NCBI RefSeq assembly: GCF_000181795.1
Contig: NW_003526943.1
Location: 9,532,849 to 9,596,848, forward strand
Direction: 5' to 3'
DNA: 64,000 nt
DNA from: Trichinella spiralis
Lineage: Eukaryota
Numbering within the stretch: the first letter of the stretch is position 1; every line of letters starts with the position of its first letter. The notes beneath the pieces were generated by a model. The model was not told the DNA's origin. It did no database searches and saw only the letters and a list, made by a program, of their open reading frames with translations. Both the position numbers and the translations under genes were made by a program. Shown here piece by piece: positions 54,201-64,000 of the stretch.

Positions 54201-57200
54201 ACTGCAACGGTTCATCATCACTGTGAGAATGCGCATATTTATTATTGTTGTTGTTGTTGATTTGCAAGTTGGGAACTTGTGCTTTGTTGTTCAGGATCTC
54301 GGCACGAAGGATTTGGACCGTGAAAAATTTTGGATAATTTTCCTGGCAACCAAGACGGGTCCGTTCGAATGGAAAGACACTTTGACGTATCGCAAGACGC
54401 ATGTTTCTTCGACAACGGTGCGTCAGACGTTCGCGGTGGCGGCGTTGGATCTGACCGAACTGCTGAATCAGGCGTTTTGTACGGACCCCGATGCAGGGAC
54501 GGGGGCCGGGGCCGGGGCCTTCTCTTCCACCATTGACGAACAAGAGGAGAGGCGGATTTTTCTGCCCCTGCGCCCGCTTGTCGATGATTCGGTCGAGGGG
54601 ATGTTGAGGAAAATTGTCGACAACAAAATCGGCTACAACTCTGAACTGGAAACCAAAGGCGACGGATTTTGGCTCACACTACAACCAATGTTTGCATCAT
54701 TGGATGAAGTAATAATAATCATAATCATAACTTCTTTTTTTTGCACTTCTGTGTTTGCATTTTTAGCTGAAACATTCACAACCGCATTTATTTAGCAATC
54801 CTTTCAAATTGGTACGTAAAATGGGTTTCCCAGAGGTCATTTCCAGAGGTTTGTTTGTTCACTTTATTATATATATATATATATATATGGATAGAATTAA
54901 AATAAATAAGATAAAATTAAAATTATTCACCATCCTGATGCATTCATTATCATTATTGCATTTGCAGATGACGTTCGTAATGATTTATTCGTTACATTGG
55001 TAAGTGGTGATTTCACCCATTGCACTGGTCGATCTGATAAGAATATTGAAGTGAAAGTCTGCTTGGTGGATGAATTGACAAATTCCGTTTTGCCGGATGT
55101 AAGTGTTGTATTAAATTGATGGTCAAGTGAATTAAATTGTTAATTGAATGAAAAAGTCAAGTCAAGCCATTTTGCATTATTTGAAATTAAAAAAAACTGA
55201 CTTTTTCATTTTTATCTGTTTTATTTCAGAGTGTGGTGAATGTTGGTGTGGCGAAGGAGACTTTTTACACCAGTTCTGTATTTTACCATCAAGACAGGCC
55301 AAAATGGTTTGAGACGATAAAAGTGAATATATTTAATTTGGAAAAGATATTTTGCACTTTGTTATGTAAAAAAAAGTCTTTTTTATTTTTATTGATAGTT
55401 TTCTATTCCGGTTGAAATATATGGAAATGTTCATATACGATTCAGTTTCAAGCATCGTTCGTCAAATGAATGTGAATATATTTTAAGTGAAATGAATTGT
55501 TCACTTAGTTTTTAATTAATTTGCAGCAAAAGATAGAAACGATCGTCCGTTTAGTGTATCGTTTATCCGTTTAAAGCAGTCCAATGGCACTGTGATCAAG
55601 GATGGTTTCCATGATCTGGTTGTATATCGAGTGTCTTCGAAAATTGAAGAGAACGATTTCTCTTATCACACACTTCCGGCTAGCAAAGCCGACTTGGAAA
55701 TGTCCGGCATGGAAGGTACATCGAGCAAGTTTCACATTCAAAGCCCGACAGGCGGCTTTGCAATCAGTCCCAAAGATTTTTTTACCATATGCACGACAGT
55801 CTGTTCGACAAGCCTCACTCAGAATGGTTGGCTTCATTTTCAAATTCAATTTATGCATAATTAACTAATTCATTTGTTTTTTATAGTTGATTTGCTTGGA
55901 CTGCTTGAATGGGAAACGAAACGAGTGAATTTGAAAAGCAGCTTAGAAGCATTGATGAAAGATGAAGGTGATCGTGCAGGGGAAGAGATTGTCAAAGCAA
56001 GTCTACTACATGTCGGTGTTGTTGTTGTTGTTGTTAACTTTTTTTGTTGTTTCAGTTTTTGCAAGACATTTTAGACGTGCTATTTACTGTGTTGATCAGT
56101 TGCAACGATCATGATCAACTTGTATTCGATGCACTGGTATGAGTGATTTTTTAAATTAATTATACAATATCAGTTGGCAGTTTTTGTGTAGTTTAAAAAT
56201 TCTATTAAAACTATTATGGTATTGTAGGAAAAGATTTTGAAAAAAAAAACATTTCTTTTTTGTTTTGCAATTTTCATAGGTATACGTTATTGGTTTGGTC
56301 GGTGAACGTCGTTATCATAATTTCAAAGCTGTACTGGATTCGTATCTTTTGTTGCATTTCAGCGCAGCGTTGGCTTATCAGTGAGATTGACTCTCTCGCT
56401 TATTCATCACCACCACCATCATTATTAGCATGTTTATTCAGAAAACTTATTCCAATTTTCAAAGATTACATTGATAAAGTGGAAGAATGCAGCAATAAGT
56501 TGTTGAAAACGTTGAAATCTTTGGAATATTTGATGAAATTTATTGTCCGATCAAGAAATCTATATGTCCAGTAATAATAATAATAATAATGATAATGTAT
56601 GTGCTTTTTTTTGTATTTGATCCGTTTGCTTTGGTTTTTCTAGACTGAAAGGTTCAAATGCTGGAAAAGAGCGTTTCCATGAATTGATATGCAGCTTGTT
56701 CATCTCGTTGACCACTTTGATGCTTTATCAGACCGACTGGAGTCTTCTTTGCCAAGGAGCCGCTTTGAAATACATTCCACATATTGTTGTGGATGTGTTG
56801 GCAGTTTTCGATGCCCGCGAGTTGGCGTAATTTCATCAGATGAGTCGAATTTCTGTATAATTATCTTAAAAAAAATTTTTTTTTCATCTTTACTCAGAGC
56901 AATGATGGCAAATTTTCTCAAAAATGTACCACGGGATAGATTGACGAAGCAAAAATTAATGTGCCTTCAAGATTTGGTTCATTCAGAGTTGATCAAAAAA
57001 TCAGGTGCCCATTGCGATAGTTTTGCACTTATGCGTTAAGCATATTGTATTGTATTCCATGTATTCAGAACCAAGGGCAGTTTTGTTGCCGGTAATTTTG
57101 GAAAGCGTTCGAAATCAAATTGATGATAACGAAGAGTTGGAATTGTGTGCGCAAATTTTAACAGAAATAATGAACGTGCTATTTGACAAGCATTCGGTAT

Positions 57201-60200
57201 TTTTATTTATTATTTAAAGTGTATTATTTATTTATTGGTTTATTTGTACATTGAAGACCTCCGGTGCTCACAGTTCTACGCTTCTTTTTATAATGCGCAC
57301 AATTTTGAGGCAAGTTGTTCAAGTTGTTGTCCGATTGATCGAAGCCGGTGAAAATTTGATTTTAGTTAATATATTTTATTATTATTATTATTAATATTTG
57401 GCGGATGTTTATTTCATTTATTTATTTATTTATTTATTTTTGCTTTCAAGGGACAATACGTTGCGTTGCTGTTGGCGATTTTGGAAGAACTCGACGCTTG
57501 TACGTATCGTTGCTACATCGCTGAATTTGCCACCCGCACAGATCTGATGGATTTTTTAACTGAACTACTGATGCTGTTCAAAGATTTGATCAGACGGCCA
57601 GTTTTTTCGTCCGATTGGTTTCAAATGATTTTCGTCCAAAATAGCATCATGTTGAAAATTTTGTGCTACGCTGCGTCGACCGTGAAGGCGAGATTTCTTC
57701 ATGAAAAATTTGAATTTCAAGTAAATCATTCGAAAATGAAATTTCGTATACTTTTACAGTAAGAAATTATTATTTTTAATTTATTTGCAGGTTTGTAATA
57801 GTTTTTTTCAAACAGTCGTAACATTCATCACGCAGAAATTGCTACAACTGGAACAATACAACGTAAAAAAGCGAAAAGCTATTTTGGAAAGGTTTTTCTT
57901 ACTGTTGTTATTTTAAATATTTTTACTTAATTGTTGTTTTCTTTTTCCAGGTTTAGGGACATGCGCCTTACATGTGCCAGAGAGTTGGTCCGATCCATGT
58001 GGTTCAGCATGAATTGTAAGTTAATATTCTACAGTTGTTTTTTTTACTTGTCAAATTATTATATTATGTTCTATATTTACGTTTGTAATTTGAAAATATA
58101 TCATGAAACGTTCCATTTTTGTTTTTTTTAGTGCTGGAGAAAAATCAATTCATCCCGTCGCTGGTTGGCTTTGTACTCGAGGTGACGCTTATTCCAGTAG
58201 AAGAAGTGCGCAAGTTGACCATTCCAATATTTTTCGACATGATGGTTACGGAATTTTATTTGCGCGCAAATAATAATTCAGCCACTACTTCGACGCCACT
58301 TTTGGGAAATTTTTCATACAACAGTTCTGTAATGGAAGTGAGTTGTATTTTTATTATTATTATTATTATGATAATTCAATGATGAAAATGTGAAAGTTTA
58401 CAGTTTGAAACTGAATTCATAAAGAAACTTGACTCATTGGTAGAAAATGATTATGGTGATGCGAAATACGTCGATACATTTGTTAAAATGTAAATGTTGA
58501 ATTGAAAATTGTAATATACGGTTGTTGCAGTTTTGTATTTGGTTTATTTTATGCTGATGCAGAATGATGCAGCTGTGTTCCAGTCATACGGAAGCGTTGC
58601 GTGACGAAGGAATACGATTCACAAAAACTGTGGAACATTTGATGTTCAGGCTTTTGGAATTTAGGAATGTTCGACTGTATCACAACAATGTGAACAACTG
58701 TATGAGTTGTACTGTAAGCTTGTTGGTAGGGGAATTTATTTTTTGTTCATCTATTTTTCACCACTGATTTGTACAATATTTAGAATTTCTATTATGAAAT
58801 TGGTCATACTGAATTGTACATTCGCTATTTGTACAAGCTGTACGAGTTGCATATGCAGCGAGATAATTTTGTAGAAGCAGGTCTGACGATGGCATTGCAT
58901 GCCGAATGTTTGAAAGTATGCTGTACATATATATATTTTTTTGATTTCTGTTTTGAAAATTAATATTTGTTAATGCTTTTTTTTCAATGCATTAAAATTG
59001 AAATTTTCTTTTGTTTATTTCAGTGGTGTGACAGTTCAGTTCATGCATTGCTTGCTCATAGTTTATTTCCAGACTGCGTTTCGCAGAGAGAGTTGAAGGA
59101 AAAATTATTTTTAAAAATGATCGATTTGTTTGATCGAGGAGAACTTTGGGAAAAAGCAATCGTCGTTTGCCAAGAGTTGCAGCACGAATATGAACATCGT
59201 ACATACGAATACGACAAACTTGCCAACTTGCTGGTGTGTACTTTTTTCTTCTTTCTTAATATTTATTTAAATTTTCCATTTATTATATTGTGAATTGTTT
59301 GATTTTATTTATTGTGCCAGGAAAAAATGTCAAAAATGTACAGAAATATTTTGAAACATCAGCGGGCAGAACCAGAATATTTTCGTGTTCTTTTTTGTGG
59401 TTTAGGTTTTCCAATTTTTTTGCAGGTATATTTTGATGATTGATTAATTATTAATTATTTCATAACAACAATCAGATGTTATTTATTTGTAGAATACGAC
59501 GTTCATTTATCGAGGCGATGGTTACGAACGATTGGCAGATTTTACTGGTAGAATTCAAGCCCAGTATCCAAACGCAACTGTATTTCAAATTGATCGCTTT
59601 GTTATAATAATAATAATGCATCGTTTTTTTAAAATGATTTTTAAGCTGTTGCAAACTTTACAACCGCCGGGTGAAGAGATCAAAAGGTCGAATGGTCAGT
59701 ACTTGCTGATCAACAAGGTGGATCCAATTTACGACGATCAGATCAAGACAATTCCTACGCCGGTGAAGGATAGTCGTATTTTATGGTATAATTTTGAGGC
59801 GCTTATATATATATATATATTATTTCTGTCGATATTTGGGCTTTGATTTTTATTTTTTATTGCACAGGTATTACAAATGCAACGATGTTCAGAAGTTTTA
59901 TTTTTCTCGTCGTATTTCAAAAAAAGACTGCACATTGTCCAAAGAATGGCCCGTTGCTGATGAACAAGAGAATGAGTTCGGTTTGATGTGGTTGGAAAAG
60001 ACAATATTGGTCACTAGTTGTCGGTTTCCTGGTATTTTACGGTGGTTTTTAGTCTCCTCAGAGAGCCAGGTGAACGGGGGGATTTTGTTGAAAATTTTCT
60101 TATTGTATATACATATATATCAGGCTAATATGGAAATTTATTTTTCAGGTTGAACTTAGTCCATTGGAAGTTGCTGTCGACTCGATGAAGGCCACCATTT

Positions 60201-61840
60201 CTGATTTGGAGAAATTAATCGAAGAAGTGGAACGTTACTCGGAACGTGCTCTTAAACCGTTGGCTGCCAAATTGCAAGGCATGCTACAGCCGGCTGTGAT
60301 GGGTGGTATCAAAAATTATGAAAAAGTATCCAATTGCCATTCCTGAAATCTACTGGACTAGATTGATTTTCGTTATTTTTCTTTTGCATTAATGAATTTC
60401 AAGTATAATTTTGAATAGGTATTTTTTACTGAAGAATTTATGTCAAAAGGGAGTCGAAAAAATTTGGAAGTGTTGGAACTGCTGAAAGAACAAATAGCTT
60501 CGCAGGTTAGTTGTAGTGATGTTGAACTGGATAATTAAAAAGAAAACATGTCTTGCTTTGATTTTAAAATGTTATTTGATATTCAGGTTCCTCTGCTTGA
60601 GAAAGGAATTTTTCTTCATGCGAAATTTTGTTCCAGTGATCAACGCGAATTTCATCATTTGCTGATCGACTGCTTCAAAGAGTACAAAAGTCACGTGGAA
60701 CAGCATTACGGCAAACAGGCGAGCTTGTTGCCCGAAAATAGCTCTTTGGAAATACCGAAATCCAACGTGCTTGTGTACAAGCAAAATTTGATCGACGGAT
60801 CCGCCACGTCCAACGACGGTCGGTATCCATTTTCGTCGTCCATTGCAAGCAGAAAGTCGAACTCGGTTCGAGAATGGCAAGCGTGAGAATTGATAGATAA
60901 TATTATTAAAATTATTTATTTCATTTCCAACTGAGAAAAAGTAACTTGGGTAAAATATGTATTTCAGGTCGACATCGGCACCGTGGTTGCTTCGTACTGG
61001 TGTGATGACTACACTGAGCGGCGCAACAGTGCCAAGAAGGATAAATAGCAAAGAGGCGGCTATTCGGCGGAAAGCGGCACACAGCACGGAAAAGTACACC
61101 TTTTCCCGAGTGTATCTTTTTCTTAAATTGATGATTATTAATCATTTTTCATAATTGTCAGAGAAATTCACCAAAAACGACATTCGAACAGTTCCATGGG
61201 CTCTACGCAAAGTGCTGAAATGAGTTGTGCAGGATCGACGATTGTTCTAACAGAGAAGGTGGATTTTTTGTGCAGAAATTTAAATAACATCCAGTGAAAT
61301 TTTTTGTAATTGTTTCAGCTGACCACTTTGCGTCCACCCCGTCCAGATTCGAGCTTTTCCAAAGGTAGTTTCAAGCAGCAGTCGAACTCGTCGATCAATC
61401 GACTGACCAGTTCTGTTGAAAAGTTGTCCATCTCCGCTTCCCATTCGCTTGTTCACTCGGATTCGGATGAAATTTGTACGTATAATAAAATGCTTAATTT
61501 TTTTTATTAAATAACAACTCTGTTGTTACTTTTTGTCTTAATTTGCTTATTTATTTGTGAATTTAAATTTCAGTATTGACGAATGATCGAATTGACGATC
61601 ATGCTGCAGTTCCACCGCCTCTGCCACCCAGACGAGATAGTGGTCAAATTGAAATTCCAGATTTCAATGCTTCCAGTGTCACTTTTTCGCCTTTATCTCC
61701 TCAGCGACTGCCAAGCATTATCAGTGGTCCTCGACGAGAAAAAGTATTATTATTTATTTATTTATTTATTACTGATTTATTCACAGATGTCAATATCTTT
61801 TTTGTTTTAGCCACTTCCGCCTTTGCCTACTACTGAATAA
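51227..61840 (+). CDS. ced-5: DOCK-A/B family Rac GEF (DOCK180/CED-5-like): SH3, C2/DHR-1, DHR-2, Pro-rich C-terminus; >40 exons
   Basis: N-terminal SH3 ([25 protein letters not shown]), [24 protein letters not shown]-1 ([27 protein letters not shown]), [17 protein letters not shown]-2 ([36 protein letters not shown]) and PPPLPPRR. Confidence 0.9.
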
Positions 61841-62675
61841 ATTTTTTGTTTGCTTGTTTGTTGTTTAAATTCATCATCGACATTGGCAGTTTTTTTTCGC
61901 TTTATCATCACGTTCTGATCTTCCAGGTTCGCTTCATTTCATTGTCTTTTCAGTAAGCGACATTATGTTTTTTTGCATTTCTAAAATCTTGCCTTGACGG
62001 TCCAGTGAAAACAACAATGAAGCGAAACGATTATTAATTTGCTTATTAGAAAAATTATTTGTTAAACTTTCACCAATATCATCGATTTCTTCACTCCAAT
62101 AGATCGACGATCAATTTGAAAACTGCAAACAGTCATTGCCTTAATTTATGTTGTTATTACAGTATAGAAGAACTATGCACAGTAATAAAAAGAAAATAAG
62201 ATGCATTGGCTGCGTTTTATTATAAGTAAAATATCTTGAATTTCAATTTTCGATGTGATTATTACTAATATTATGATATCGTTTGATTTTTACTTGTCAT
62301 TGAAATTGACAAATAAAATTTTTTGGGCTACAATAAATTTAAATAAAATCTTTGCATTGCTTTACTGGTTTTTTTTTCAATATTTTTCATGGCTTTAAAA
62401 TGATAAAAGAGAATTTTATTGAAGACTTTTCAACTGTTCATTGCTATTTATTGTTAACAGTAATGCAAAATTTAGGATACAAGTTATTCATTGCGCTTTT
62501 GTTATTTATTCATTAATTCATTTAGTTTCCTCTGCAGCAATGAAAATTTATTACTCAACTGTTGCACTGTGCACAAGAGCAAGGAATAAATTCATTTGCA
62601 TTGCTTATCATTGCAGAATTAATTCGATATTTCTTTCGATTTTCATTAAGCATCAAAAGTGAAAAGCAAATTGCC

Positions 62676-64000
62676 ATGAACAGTTACATCTGCTTGAATG
62701 TTTTCTTAATCACTGCTTTGGTTCTGTTTTCTGTAATCGAGGTAAGAAATGTTTGCTTGTTTTGTCTTTTACGTTAAATTGAATATATACAAATTTAGTC
62801 TAGCTAAATAATTGCATGTACATCTTTTAATTAACGAGCAAAATAAAATAATACAAATATATATGTATATAAAGCAGTGATAGTGATAACAAACTTTTGT
62901 TTCAGAAATTTAGTTTTGCAGAAAACACAACAGAGTCGCCAAAGAGGAAAGCATCTGCATCGATCACGTGAGTTTTATTAATTTAATGTACAATTTTATT
63001 TTGCATGCAGTAAGTAAAAGAACAATCATCTTTTTTTTATCAAGTTTTGAAATGCTAACCAAATTTATTTCATTTTTAAACCGTATTATATTATTCAAAC
63101 GTGTAGGGTTGTTATTCGTTTTGTCGAACATTTAATGAAAGTTTTTTCAGAAAACTTGTTTGACAGATTTTTATATATAATTTTAAAAATAATTCAATAT
63201 GCCCTTAGTGTACAATAAAACTTACACAAATGTATGCATGAACAATAATTGCTTTTGCAAAGTCAATATGAAGTTAACATTATGCATTATCAAATCAGTC
63301 ATTGCAAAGTATTTGATACTGCTTCACTTTCTGCTCCAAAGTTTATTAAATTTTTTTATATTGTATTTTGAACAATTCTGTGTCACAATAATGTTATTGT
63401 CATTTTCTTTTGTCAGAAAGTTATTTAGTTAATTTAATTTAATTCAGAGTTCCCGTGTCCATTGGTTCAGCATGTTCATTGTGTGTCCTCATTGGAATTT
63501 GTTGTTGTGTTTGCATATGCCGTAGAAAATGCAGAAGAAGAAACAAAACAAAACAAACAGTGAATGTCAATGTTAACACCAATACTGTAACAAGTAACGC
63601 GTGTTTTAAGCAAAATGATCTCTTAAAATTAATTTTGAAAAATGGTTTTCTGTTTTGATAAATTCAACTCACATTTCACGAAACGGCATTTCCATTATAT
63701 GTATCATTGTAATTGGAATAATGCATCGAATTGTTTAAACTTTCTCGCTTGCGATGTGTTTTACAGCATGTATAATGTATACATCCCAGAATACTTTAAA
63801 CGCCAATGATTTACTAATTTGCTGCTTTTTGTAAGATGCAGCAACCACCGCAATGCAACCGACGATGCCCATGATGGCTCCATATGCTTATCCTCCGGTA
63901 ATGCCAGCATATCAGCCACCGACTTATCCGCCGCCAGTGGGGCAATCAAATTTTCCAAATCCAGCTCCTCCAGCATACAGCAGCGCCGTCAATGCAGGAA
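62676..64000 (+). CDS. Small single-pass membrane protein with Cys-rich juxtamembrane segment and Pro-rich PPxY tail (Shisa/WBP1/VOPP1-like architecture); 3' end runs off the window
   Basis: Exons 62676-62741 (signal peptide), 62906-62967, 63448-63593 (TM plus CCCVCICRRKCRRR) and 63836-64000 (MAPYAYPPVMPAYQPPTYPPP...PAPPAYSSA) splice in phase. Confidence 0.7.

Noticed and set aside
54037..54543. 168-aa minus-strand ORF inside DOCK
   Set aside because: Antisense to GC-rich coding exons; no domain similarity recognised.
63761..63976. 71-aa minus-strand ORF (MLEELDLENL...)
   Set aside because: Antisense shadow of the Pro-rich plus-strand exon.

Overview
AT-rich eukaryotic genomic DNA with short GT-AG introns (tttcag acceptors). 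It is almost certainly a nematode and most likely Trichinella (inferred from the intron-containing cofactor-independent PGM and the cystatin-like/Nudix fusion). Conserved genes in order: mevalonate kinase, iPGM, a matrix metalloproteinase, Snu13/15.5K, tRNA-Gly(TCC), OSTC and rps-10 (operon-like spacing), a PEBP, a DOCK180/CED-5 GEF, and a truncated single-pass Cys-rich/PPxY membrane protein. Between snu13 and OSTC (~31-45.7 kb) lies a transposon-dense island with Gypsy, pogo, piggyBac, MULE, hAT and BEL/Pao remnants. In it, two ~1.4 kb inverted repeats (33267-34683 and 43563-44925) bracket a dead MULE transposase and an intact gene for a signal peptide + cystatin-like + degenerate NUDT9-type Nudix + C-terminal membrane-anchored protein. 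Smaller observations: a candidate 33-nt cassette exon in mvk, two GC-AG introns, a possible mitochondrial presequence on the PEBP, and a candidate non-coding snoRNA-host locus at 16.1-17.1 kb. Exon boundaries were read by eye and may be off by a few bases.
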